DNA of 64,000 nucleotides from Paraspadella gotoi. Lineage: Eukaryota > Animalia > Chaetognatha. A model generated the notes under the pieces. It was not told where the DNA came from and did not search any database. It worked only from the letters and a program-made list of their open reading frames with translations. Positions 1 to 16,013 of this stretch are shown one piece after another. Location: NCBI GenBank assembly GCA_051294375.1, contig JBJCIZ010000028.1, positions 1,839,053 to 1,903,052 of the forward strand, written 5' to 3'. A program made the position numbers and the translations under genes. How positions within the stretch are numbered: position 1 is the first letter of the stretch; each line of letters begins with the position of its first letter.

Positions 1-2657
1 AGGTAGGCTTTATTTATTAACATAATCTATAATTTCTTTTACGACTATTTTTACGAGTATTTTTAAAAAAGATATTTACCAACTATTTAAATTTTAATAC
101 AGTTAAAAACTTTCGAGAGGAAGCTACCTTCGGATTTATAAATAACCCGTTGTGAAATTGTGTAAAGACTCAAGACAAGCGGTGTTTCAAGATTCATTGG
201 ATTGCAGTTTTTATATTGCATCAAAATAATCGAATATTCTGTTGCCAGAACAAAGATTTTTTATTAATAAAAATTACACTAATTGATTTGATTTTTTTTT
301 TACGAATTACAAATATTATACTTACAATTATACTGATTCTCTTATAGGAAGTTATTATTACAGCTGGCTTAGAATTATTTGATTTTTATTTATCTGCTCA
401 TGTTTGCAAGTTTATTGAGGACATCTGATTAATGTTACAGCTCTGAGTGAGTTAAAAAAAAAGAGTCTGTAGAATTTAATTATATTTTTTTAAGTCTTGA
501 AATTTTTCTTGAAAATCTAAGTTTACCGAAAAAAAAATTATTGAGAAATTGAGCTTACCGTGAAAAATCAGTTTCGACTCGAAAATCTTGGCTTACCGAA
601 TAAAAAAATTTTGCATAAAATTAGGTTGGGCATTCTAAGTACATTAGGGAGAGACCTCGATTTATTTCTCCAGAAAACCTCTCAGTAGGATGCAAGGGAG
701 GTATTAGGATACAGTAAACTTAGATTTCTGCAATTATAGATTGAGTGATCCCTGGCCTTAAGAAAATTGCAAGATTACTCGATTTCCTTGGATGTTTTGC
801 GAGCTGTTTTTGCTAGCTATTTTTGCCTAGACTAAATTAGACTAAAATTTCAAAACGACATATAAAAGGTTTAAATAAATATTGAATTAATCAGCGCTAT
901 ATTATAGATTTATTTCGTATTTAGTAATGTAGTGGGAAAAGGATGTTATTGTTTTCTGTTTTATATCCTCCAATTAACTACGTTGTAGACGCAACTTTCG
1001 TCGTTCGTTCGTCGTCGTTTTCGATCGTCGATTTCGTCGTCGTTATCATCGTCGTCGTCGTTAATGGATGGCACCCACTTTTCCGAGTCTCAAGTTCAAC
1101 AACTTTATTTTTTCTCATTTTTACCTCGACTCGAGTACTCGCGCGAAGCGACCTCTAAAACAGTGACGCTGCTAAGGTCGATTTGGTCTGTCTGTCCGTC
1201 TTGTTGTTCTGCTCCCATATGTTTGGTTATTATATGTTATTATTTTCATTATGTTCAAATTGAAAGCACAGAAACTTTTTATTTCTTGGACAAAAACGGC
1301 CAAAGTTTTTATCTTTTCATATAAAAAAAAAATCTTTGTTACTAAGATTTAAAAAAATCGTGTATTAAAAAGCTGTTCATATACATGTTAGTTATATTAC
1401 ATACCTATTTAGTAATTTTTTAAAAATTTTAAAGGCTAAGTTAAATAGATAATGTTTGTTGATAATTTATATAATAATTTTCTATTTTAAGTTTATAACA
1501 TGCAAGATAAATGTGTAACATAATATCATTATTTGTAATACAAATGTAGCATAGTTATGTGATAATATGGAAAAATGACCGTTTAATAGAAACTTAATTT
1601 TGCTCCGACAATCCAATCTCCGTTCATTGTTTCTTCGTTATTACCGTTAGGAGATATAATATAATATAATTATAATAATATGCATATAAGTTTTTGAACT
1701 TTTAAACAAGTGAGTAAATTGAATGTGATTAACTTCATATTTAATATTTGATTAAATTCGTATCTTTCCAAAGTTCGAGATGTCGACGGGAACAGAATAT
1801 GAGGGGCGGTCACGTCAGGATTGAGTCCTTCAGAGAGAGAGAGAGAGAGAGACAGAGAGAGGAAGAGAGACAGAGAGAGAAGAGAGAGAGGTGTGCATTT
1901 TGAAATAAAAAAATGGCTAATTTTTTGGGGTTTTTTTGTTTTTTTAACAGGAACAAAGAAATTTTTTTTTTAAAACTCTACAGTTCAAAACTAATGATTC
2001 GGTAAAAACTTTTTTCAACTTAATTTGAAAAAAAAATTAAATATATTCAACTGGATTACAACAACTTCTATTGAATTATTAATAAAAACGTTTGTTTGAT
2101 ACTATAAACACAACGAAAAGAAAGGAATATAACAATGGAATTATACTATATGTAAGTTGCATTCGCCTCTCATTGGTTGATTGATAGATAGTTTGTGATG
2201 ATTGTTTACTCAAATGAACTAGTATGGTTTGTTTGGTTGTAAAAAGAATTTTTAAAAAAATTGCGAGCCTCAAAAAATGAAAAATCAATAAATGAAATCA
2301 CGAGAAAGACGCTGAAGCCTAAAAATTATGCGGCGGTAGTCATTTAAAGTTGAGTAATTTAGTTATTACTTGATACCCTTCTTCTGTAAATGTCTATTAG
2401 ACAACTGTCTAACGCAAATTAATTCCATTTCATCTTTTTTAAAGGGTTTTCTTTTTTGGCATTGATGTTACTTCTCCAAGAAGAGATCAATACAAACATT
2501 TCAATGTGAGTTATTTACATTTTCTTCATTTCCAAATATTTTGTGTCGAAGACTTTTTAAAGCCGCCTCACCGCCTACGAATAGCATTCAACGAAGTTTC
2601 AATGACTAAGCGAGTTTTAATCCAACCGCCTCATTGAGGGTTTAAATCTCGATGGAT

Positions 2658-2689
2658 CCGCTTTTTTGAGCAAAGCGAGACGGTACTAG
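2658..2689 (+). mobile_element. Possible Helitron 3' terminus (hairpin + CTAG)
   Basis: Hairpin ccgctttt..gagc..aaagcgagacgg ends 2 nt before CTAG (2686-2689), followed by T. This fits the Helitron 3' end layout. The 5' end was not identified. Confidence 0.35.
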
Positions 2690-3598
2690 TATAACCATTA
2701 ACCAGTGTAGATGTCATTGGAGAGATACATGCACCCCGAGCATTGCAAGTGATTCCGGTCGTTGCTAACTTTGATTATTGTGTTGATAATTATTTATTAC
2801 CCATTCATTAACTATTTCCTGCGATGGCTTACAAAATAAAGTTTAACCTGGTTATTGGATAGGATAAAACTATTTCAATCAACAAAACTATTACTCTTTT
2901 ATTGGAATTTTTGATAATATTCATTAGTTAATCTAAGGAAATTGCTACAGCTCCTAATAATTGGGCAAAAGAAAAGCGATATGGCACGTGTCAACTGAAA
3001 GCTATTGACTGTTAAAGTCCAACTAAGTTAGTGAAACAACTGTGGAGATAAAGAAAACGCAAATTGAGTTTCCATACAATTTACGAACTTGCGTATAATT
3101 TAAGTAATATAGACCCTTGCAATAAATAAAAACAAGTAGGATTAACAAAAAACGTTACATATTAGTACAAAGTAAGAGAGCGAGAGGGAGGGGAAAAAAG
3201 GGAGAGTAACACTCAGACGGACCGACAGACAGAAAATCAAGCCCCCTGTATAATAATAATGATAATAAATAATACAGTAAGAGAATATAATAATAAATAG
3301 TACAAGAGCACTTACATTGATCTGATAATCAAGACACTCGTCGGTACAAAATTTAAAAAGTTTTGAAATATTTGCATTGCATACAAAAACTTAAGCTTCA
3401 TAAGAATAGATATAGCTATTAAAAAAAAGTCCATCTAGAAAACTGGAAGTACGGCACGCCCCTTCCGCCACTGTTGCTGTTTTTACCGTTTCTGTCGCTC
3501 CTGCTGCTTCTGCTGCCGCTGCCACCGCTGCCGCTGCCGCCGCTGCCGCCGCTGGAGCTTAAAAAAAAGAACAAAGCCAAAGCAAAACTCCTTTAAAA

Positions 3599-4438
3599 AT
3601 GGCGGCCCGCCAGGATAACGTTTCTGATGGGAATGTCCAAGACCCAAAAAAAGACGAGAGTGAAAGTCTAAATATTCACTGCACCGATTCAAAATTTTTG
3701 AATCAAAACAATGCGATCCATCAACACTTTCATTACCAAGGAAATCAGTTGCCAGAAACATCAAACGTGACGCACGTGCAGCCAGTCGGCGAGAAAATAA
3801 CCGAAAACCTTATCCCGCGTTTTAGCGAGACTCTGAAAGAGATTGTTGTTAATACAATGTCATACTTTGCGGTACCGGGTTCAACAAAACTGCTAGACCT
3901 GAACTCTGTATTCATTAATCTCTCATTGAAGAAATCGCCAACGCAACGAGTATTGGGAGCTGAGGCAATTATTCAGAATGTCAAGCAACTCTTCAGTGAA
4001 TCAACAAAAAGTGAAGAAAGAGTGGAACGAGTAGAAATGGAAGGAGAAAAAGAAGAAGATGAGGAAGATGAAGAAGATGAGGAGGATGAAGAAGATGACG
4101 AGAATCAAAAAGAAGAAGATGAAGAAGAAAAAGAAGTGGAAACGAAACCCGTAGATTCAGAGGATGAGGAAAATTCTGAACAGATGTCCTTTGATGGAAT
4201 GGTGGACATAATAGAGACTTTTATCAAACAAAACATTACCAACAGGATTCTAATCAATGCCGCGGGTGGAACAGGAAAAACAACACTGTCCAAAAAGCTG
4301 ATGCTGCAATGGGCCAAGAAAGAATGCCTCAAAGACTTCAAGGCCATCATTAGACTTGATATGAAGAACATTGATTATGACCAAATCTCGTTGGAAATCT
4401 GCTTATTCCGTATCCAGCTTAAAGTCATTCATCAATGA
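3599..4438 (+). CDS. NACHT-family STAND NTPase (NLR-like), N-terminal part; ORF ends at a frameshift
   Basis: 279-aa ORF with pre-NACHT LDLNSVFINLSL, an acidic E/D insertion, then RILINAAGGTGKTTLSKKLMLQWAK (Walker A in NACHT context) and DFKAIIRLDM. Confidence 0.85.
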   Translation: MAARQDNVSDGNVQDPKKDESESLNIHCTDSKFLNQNNAIHQHFHYQGNQLPETSNVTHVQPVGEKITENLIPRFSETLKEIVVNTMSYFAVPGSTKLLDLNSVFINLSLKKSPTQRVLGAEAIIQNVKQLFSESTKSEERVERVEMEGEKEEDEEDEEDEEDEEDDENQKEEDEEEKEVETKPVDSEDEENSEQMSFDGMVDIIETFIKQNITNRILINAAGGTGKTTLSKKLMLQWAKKECLKDFKAIIRLDMKNIDYDQISLEICLFRIQLKVIHQ

Positions 4439-5240
4439 AAAAACAGAAGCGCTTTTGAAGAACAACTCTCTCAGCCCGAATATACTCTGGATGCTTGACA
4501 GTCTCGATGAAAGTAACTCCTTCGGAAAGCTAAAAATTTTGTGAGTGAATGTCAAAAGCAATTTTTCAAGCCCATTCTTTCTACTCACAAGGCCGAGGGC
4601 AAAGAAATTTTTGTTCGGAATCTCAAATTTTTTGAATTTGCATCAACAAATTGAATATTGATGATTTGGAAAGAATTAGTTAAGTTTTTCCAATCGAGCA
4701 AAAGATGCAGAAGATGAAGCGAAAAGTTCATCATTGAATGCAAGAGAATCCTTTTTAGAAATGTATGTCTTTCAATACTGCAGTCTCCTACTGTGCCCTG
4801 TTGAATGATGAGTCAACTCAAACATAAAAACCACTTCGGATGTGTTGATTGGTTTGACTGGTTTAGCACCAATCAATGCCCTCAAAGTATTGGATAAAAA
4901 CTAGAAAAGCCAGACCGATGAAACAAAAAGGGACCAAATGAAAAGAACAAACATCAAAAAACCAAGTAAAAATCTTATTGAAAAAAACACGTTTTGCAAG
5001 CATAGGAAGAGCAGTGTTCGTCTGTAATGGCATTCATAGCAGGAAATAAGGATTTAGATGAAGATGTGTTAAAATCAGAATGAGAAAAACGAAAACTAGG
5101 GAAATGATGTTGAGCTTGCATTGCGATTAAATTTGATGGAAAAAATTACCATCGAGAAGGTAATGAGAAAAATCTTTTTTATGATTTTTTCATCGAAACC
5201 TGAGGGAATTATTGTGAGCTTCTTTCTTGTGTGACAACAA
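4428..5240 (+). pseudogene. Frameshifted or stop-interrupted continuation of the NACHT gene (pseudogene or read errors)
   Basis: Other frames give Walker B ILWMLDSLDE (~4482-4511), sensor-like FFLLTRP (~4575-4595) and winged-helix FFHRNLRELL*ASFL (~5185-5230, cf. FxHxTFQEFLAA). No intron is evident. Confidence 0.75.
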
Positions 5241-6263
5241 CGAACCTTTGGTCTACCTGAAAAACGAGAGGCCATGTCGGATGGCGTTCTCTCAGTACTG
5301 CGTTGTACAATCTACAATCTCAGCAAAAATGTTCTGGAGATGTAGATTGATTTGGCAGAGAGCTAGGTTCTGTGTAGGCACATCATCAAAAGTTGTGATG
5401 AAATTGGAATCTGGAGATGCACACAAATTGTCTGGTGAATTATTCAGCTCTCACTGAACATAATAACTCTAAGTTTAAGATGATGACTTAATTTTTAAAT
5501 ATTAGATTTTGGCAGAAAGGTGTCTTTTGCCAAAAAGTTGCAAAAATCTATCACACTGATTTTCTAAAATCTTGAATTACCATTATCACCAGCCCGATGC
5601 ACAGAATGTAAACCATCCAAGGCATTTGCAATATTTCCAATGCGGTCACAATCTAACAGAGATCTATAATTGGCCCGCCAAAATGGTTTTTAAGGTAGGG
5701 GTAGCCGCAATCAATGGGTTGAGTCCAAAATTTAGAGTGAGTACATGCTCAAATGAAAATTTATACATTTATAAGTATACTTTCAATGGACAAAAAATTT
5801 CTTATATGGCTCTATACCCTAGTAATTCAATTTTTAATATTTATTTATTGATATGAAATGCCAACAATTTTTTAACAAAAATTTAAATTGTAAGGCCAGA
5901 TTCAGATAGCTCATAANNNNNNNNNNNNNNNNNNNNNNNNNNNNNNNNNNNNNNNNNNNNNNNNNNNNNNNNNNNNNNNNNNNNNNNNNNNNNNNNNNNN
6001 NNNNNNNNNNNNNNNNNNNNNNNNNNNNNNNNNNNNNNNNNNNNNNNNNTTTAAATATTTTGATGATAAGTAGCTAAAAAATAAAAAAACTATAAAAAAT
6101 CATCATCATCATCATCATCTTTTGATAATTTTATCAGTTTATTTTAGATTTTACTGAGAAAACGTAAAAATTTTTAAAAGCTGTAATTATATTTCTTGTT
6201 TAACTTTTTATGCTCTATCAGAATCATCAAAAAATTTTAAAATTTAAAAAAATATTTTTAGCT

Positions 6264-6878
6264 CTATATAGTAAGGCGTTAAGTGAAAATTCTACAAAAG
6301 TCAATTATGAACAACATACCATCAGTGAACATTAATTTGTAAAAAAAATTAATTTTATGTTTTTTTAATTTTTGCAGTAGGCTATATTTATATATAGTAC
6401 TATCCTTATAAAATCGAAAAATTTCAAAATGGGCTTTTCTTAATTTTGATTGCAGATTTGAATTCCTCATCAAAAGTTGATAAAAGAAAATATAAATCAT
6501 TTTAAAAAATTCTTTCATTAAGTGGGTTAAAAATTAAAAAAACTATATTTAATATATAAAAAGTTAATTTTCAGCTTAAAATATAGCTTTTTCTAATTTT
6601 TTACCCACTTAATGAAGGAATTTTTCAAAAAGAGTTATATTTCTTTTTATCAACTTTTTATGACGAATCCAAATCTGCAAAAAAATCTTAAAAAAGCTGT
6701 TTTGAAATTTTAACATTTATTGGTTTAGTACTAGTATAAATATGGCCTACTGCGTAAATTGTAAAATTTATTATAATTTTTTTTATTACATAAATGTTCA
6801 TTGATAAATATTGTTCGTTTTTCACTTTTATTAATTTTAAAAAGTTAAATTAGAATTTTACTACGCCTTACTATATAG
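6264..6878. mobile_element. AT-rich fold-back MITE
   Basis: Perfect 16-bp inverted termini ctatatagtaaggcgt (6264-6279) / acgccttactatatag (6863-6878). The whole element is an imperfect palindrome with ~300-bp arms. Relatives at ~33405-33980 and ~55440-55830. Confidence 0.8.
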
Positions 6879-6879
6879 T

Positions 6880-9180
6880 AATATAAACTGTTGATCGGTC
6901 GAAAATTCTAACATATAGGTAAAGACCCACATACTTAACCATATTATCAACATGGTAATTTGAGTATAATAGAAAATTGAGAAAATTTAACAAGAAAATT
7001 TTGAATAAAAGGGCCAAAATAATACGACTAGTCTCCTAGAAAAATAATAATTGGATTACAAAAATATGGATAATATAGCAAACTTCAATCAGATATAATA
7101 TGCCTAATACGATTGGATAAAACGAAAGAAGATATCAGTGCCAATAAAGACACAAATATAAATATTACGATGTTTTAAATGTAAATGAGAAAAGAAGTTT
7201 TAATGAAATTTAGTTAGAAAAACGGATAGAATATTCGTCAAGAGAAGGTAAGAGTGTAAACAAAATGACTACTTCCCATTAGAATATATACGGGTTCTTT
7301 CTAAAAACGAAACTAAATATAAGGTTAGCAAATAATTTTTATACAACTACCAGACGGGACAAAAAGCTGCGAAAACAATATCATTTTTGACATGCAAGCA
7401 ATTCTATGTACAAAAGATAAAAGAAGAATTAATAGACTCACGAATCGCATAGTATAAGCCTTTCACTATATGAAACTCGCTTGGAAATTACTTCAAAATA
7501 AAAGAATAGCTAAATTTAGTGAAGATTAAATGGAGTTAAAGTAAAGACGAAGATGAAAGAATTCTATTATTTAATTTAATTCCTAAAATGCATAAAGTCC
7601 TACAAAACAAAATACATAAGCTGGCCTCCTAAAATATGTTCTGATCAGGCAATATCTCAAACATTTATTCAAAATGTTTAAAAAGCTAATGCTAAAATCA
7701 TACTTAAAGTAATATACATCATACGTCGTTTTTCAAAAGATCTGGAACATAAAACATTACTGGATAATTGATAATTTCTTTGGAGTTTTTGGATAAATAT
7801 TCTCCAATTAAAAACAGATTTTCTAGAAACATATGAGTTTTTTCAAGCAATTATATCTCCATCACACTCCCTCATTATTAATACAGGAGTAAGCGGATAA
7901 AGATTTTCATTCAGAACAATTTTTCTAGGGAAAAATAAAACATATATAAATGTAAATCATTAATAGCATATTTTTCAAAAATACTAAGAATAAGGTTAAT
8001 ATTCCTTTAACTGAGAAAAGATTTAAATATTGTCCCCAATTAATTTTAGATAATGTTTTTGTAAATTTGGCTCCCTAAATGTATAAAACATTAGGAAAAC
8101 CAATTGGACTATATTCTGGTTCAAGATATGCTAAATTGCTTGTTAGTTTTATTTTGAATCAACATCATACTGGAAAATATGACAAAAAATAATTTAGGAA
8201 TCGCTTAGAACAACTTTAAAAATTGCTCAAGATAATATTGATGACCTTTTTCAAGCCGATTTTAAGGATTTTAAAAATATCATCTTGCAACATATTCCAG
8301 CAGCACTTACTGCCAAATAAATCTAATAGTACAGATACAAAATGTAGATTATTTAGACATAAACATTAAAATCAGAAAAAAAATCTTACTCTGTCTGTTT
8401 TATGATAAAAGGGATTCCTTTCTTTTGAAGTAGTTAATTACCCATATATGGACAGTTGTAATTCCTAAAAAAGCAGCCTCGTGTATTTATTAGCCAAATT
8501 AATAAGATATGCAAGGAATATGTTTCGAGCGTTTACAGATTTTTTCTTCAAAGAGCTATACATTTAAGCAAAAACTACAAAGTCCAGGGTTTATATATTT
8601 AAGGACTTAAGAAAAATGGGAATTAATTATTTTCAATAATTATAATGAGCTAATAAAAAATATAATGTTACTGATGTTTAATCTATTTCAAAAAAGATTC
8701 ATACATGATAGTTCCGAATAAAAATGAAAAGGAAAAATAAACGAAAATAAACCATAATAATAATTTATAATAATAACATCAACAATATATTTAAATAACT
8801 TATTTAACCTTATTTAACTATTAACTCTCTGATTTAATTATTTTTTTAACTTTTACCATTAAATTAATGTTAACTTTACATTAAACTACCCTTAATTAAT
8901 TAATTTATTGTTAAACTAATTATTAACTTATTTTATTATTTACAAAATTACAAATTATTACAAAACCTGAATAAAATTTCTCTAAAAATTTAATAATGCT
9001 GTATGCCAGGGCTTTGGTCTGTTTCAGACAAACCATTCAAGATATACATTTAAAATATAAGATAAGCAACAATGAAGAATCACCATTTGGTGATGGCCTC
9101 GCCCTATACCTGGATATTGGTGTTTAAAGAGCCGAACAAATCATGAAGGTATAGGTTCCCAACTGATGAACCTTCCCATT
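6880..9180 (+). mobile_element. 5'-truncated Penelope-like retroelement, Naiad-type (N-terminal EN clade), decayed RT
   Basis: Motifs read across frameshifts: KDPH..HII.GNL.II.N...KGPK linker (~6920-7025), FNLIPKMHK (~7570), HYWIIDN (~7755), LILDNVF...LGKPIG (~8040-8110), (Y)IDDLF (~8235), SVYDKRDSF..VVNYPYMDS.IPKKAA..FISQ..RYAR (~8395-8515). No GIY-YIG follows the RT. Confidence 0.85.
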
Positions 9181-10448
9181 GTACTTAAAATAAAAGATAA
9201 AAAAATATTCAAAAAAAGAAATTAATTAAAGGAAATAAAGAAGAAAAATATAATTTATCGAATTATATTCATGACATATCTCGAGGGAGGGGGGACAGGT
9301 GCCCCTATGACCTTTCCCGTATGATCCTATCAGAACATAACAAATTCTAACATGGAGTCTATCCCTATGTAAAAAAAATCATCATAATAACTTTTTGGTC
9401 ACCCCTCAAAAAATTACCATTCCCACCACCTTCTGTCAGTCCTCTTAGATATTAATGATTTTTCATTAATGACTTTCCTAACAGAAATTGAAATGTTGAT
9501 ATCTATTAGAAAACTAGGACAGAGTAGTAATCTAACCTTGTGTTGGTATAGAGCTCCCTCTATTTCCAAGAAGACAACACTGACTTCCCCTCCCAATTGA
9601 AAATTCATTAGATAAATAAAAAACATTTTTAAGAAAGAAGCAATATATTTTGAATTAAATAATAAGAATAAATACTAAATCCTTCATAAATAAAATAGAA
9701 AAATAGTGAAACAAGTAATTTGCAAATTTCATAATAATTTTAATTAGGCGAGTCCTCAAGAAGAAACATTTTTGACAAAAAATATTTTTAACAAAAACTA
9801 TAACATTTTCTATGCTCATGAAAATTTGTTTAACGCTGTAATGTAAGCATTTAAATTTCATCGACTATGGCTATTTAAGGTCTACCCATTGCTGATCAAC
9901 AAAGATGACATTGTGATTATTGCCATCGTTGATGCCTATCATTTGAATGAATCATCAAAACCAATCATTGTTAGAGCACCAATATTCAAAGGTAATAATA
10001 CAGTTTACTTAATGAAATCTTTATACATACAATAAATGTCATACATCCACCTATTTTTAGAAAATATGAACAAACAAGATCAAGGTGTTGCGTTGAAATG
10101 ACTTTTGTGAACGTATTTCAAAATATATAATTGTATAATGTATATTGTATAATTAATTTTCATACACAACTACCTAAGCACTATTCTTTATATGAAATTG
10201 GTACATCCATTATAAAAAATATTCATTCTTTTAATTAATAAGCATTCTTGCCCCTGACTTTGGACTGGCCTTGGTGGTTTAAGGCCTTCATCACTCTTAC
10301 AAAATAATAACATAGCAGGTCCCTGCAAGCTTTCAATCAAGACTCTCACAGTCGAGTTTATTCACTCCCAGAATACCTGGCTCCCTATCAGTGAAGTGGT
10401 ATAATATTTTAAAGAATGTTTTAATTGTATGAAAAGACCATTGGTATT

Positions 10449-10672
10449 GAAGAGACAGTGATTATTGATATATGTTAATGACAGAACCGTTCAATATAAG
10501 CAGTCCCTGAGCTTCGGATCAGGCTGTAACACCGAGTTACAGGGGGGTTAAGCGCCCCGTCCCTCTTAACTGCAAGGTGACCACCGGGCTAGAACCCCGG
10601 ACCTTTGGGTTGAGGAGGCGAAATGACTTGCCTCCGGCACCAAAGGCCGCTGATGAACGGTTGGTGGATTTT
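10449..10672 (-). mobile_element. tRNA-derived SINE, full-length copy
   Basis: Minus strand: tRNA-like head gcggcctttggtgccggaggc (A-box-like) ... ggttctagccc (B-box-like), then a hairpin-rich body (ctgtaac/gttacag; cctga/tcagg) and an AT-rich tail. A second full copy lies at 62851-63070 (+), with 3' fragments at ~36950, 53711 and ~60345. Confidence 0.8.
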
Positions 10673-11141
10673 AGTCCATATAATATTAAAGAAAAAATCG
10701 AATTGAAAATTAGAAACCAGACCTTGCACTGCAACAAGCTTTGCTGCAAATAGCACTTCTTCACAGCACCGCTGTGTGCTCCGCATAACTGCTTCTGAAA
10801 GATTGACCCATAGCTTGGAGATTGCCATCGATATTTTGTTGAAAGTTATATGAGTCGCCTTTTTTAAAATTTATGATTTTACGTCATTTGATAAAAAAAA
10901 ACAAAAATACCCCTTACTTTGCATACTAGTTAAGAATAATTAGCTTTAAAAGTTATGATGCCGAAAAATTTTTCAATCAAAGAAAACATCAGTGATTATT
11001 TCGATGTATTATAAAATAAAATTTGGTAATGTATGTTTGTTTGTATAAAGTATAATTAATGTAAAACACCCTGATCTTGCCCCTTTTTTATTTGAATTTT
11101 TGTTAAATGATTTTATGTATTTCTAATAACAAATCCTTTAG

Positions 11142-14909
<3,768 letters not shown>

Positions 14910-16013
14910 ACTCGATCCTCGGAAGGAGGGTAAATTTTTTAGTAAACTTTTATAAATATTTATTAATAAAAACCAATAATTACAATTAAAAGACTATGCG
15001 AAAAATTATAAAGAGCCAGAAATGTTTTTTTTTTAAATTACTTTTCATTGCTTTTTGGCAATTTGTTGCTTAGATTAAACCATTAAGAATAAAAATGATA
15101 ATCATTTGTTAGAAAAATTTTTTTTCTCTATTAGATTCCCCATTTTGGAGGGACCTGATTGGTATACATGATTCGGAACATGATTGGTCAACTTCAACAC
15201 GTGCCGTTCTTCGAGTCCCTTCATCCAAACGTATTGCGAATCTTCTTTCTATCATGATTTGACAAAACTATTTCCGCAACAACTGTCTCTCAATTGTCTT
15301 TCATTAATCAAAGTTAAAAGTAGTGATTTGATTGAATTTTTTGTTGTTGTCACAAGACGTCACGTGACAAAGCGTGACAAGCCGTAACCGAGAGTGACTC
15401 ACTGTAGCGTGACATCGTTAGGGAAAGAAGATCGTGGAAGAGACGGCGTGGGGGAATCGTCGATGGCAGAATCAAGGATTGAGAAGTTTTAGAAATGAGC
15501 AAACAAGTTTGGGCAAACAATGTCGGATCTGACCACTACAATTTAGCGGTAAATTAGATGATAAATTATGATTAATCTTGTTGAAGTGACTCAAATGACG
15601 ACGACGACAAAGATGACGACGACGACGACAAAGACGACGACAAAGACGACGACGGTGACCTTACTATTCACCACTGGTGAACCTCACCACTCAACCGTTT
15701 AGCGGAGGAACGTTCCTCACCCACGTAACCGATTACTTACCGTTGAGAGTTACAAACTTTAATTCTGTAATTATCTGTTATTTTGGTTTTTGTTATATTT
15801 TCCTTTGTTATGATTTTTACTTGATCTCTTTGCCATGGTTTTTGAACAACGTAAATATTTGATCGCGAAAAACGTCTTATTATAAAATAATCATTTGAGA
15901 GTCGCCACGTTGTAATATTTTAAAATTTATTTTATTTTTAATTTTAAAATTTCTAATTTATTGTCGTCATTCGTCACTTCACAAATCAAATCGAATCAAA
16001 ATGTGATTTTTAC

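Noticed and set aside
9103-9155. SECIS element in the Penelope 3' region
   Set aside because: An apical AAA and a 3' UGA are present, but the 5' AUGA of the quartet is missing and helix II is poor.
10500-10575. Twister ribozyme in the SINE body (AGAGGG..TAACCC..GTTACAGCC)
   Set aside because: The P2 and pseudoknot pairings cannot be formed. Simple hairpins explain the sequence.
10578-10650. Functional tRNA gene
   Set aside because: The cloverleaf and anticodon arm are irregular, the B-box is degenerate (GGTTCTAG), and it is fused to a repeated SINE body.
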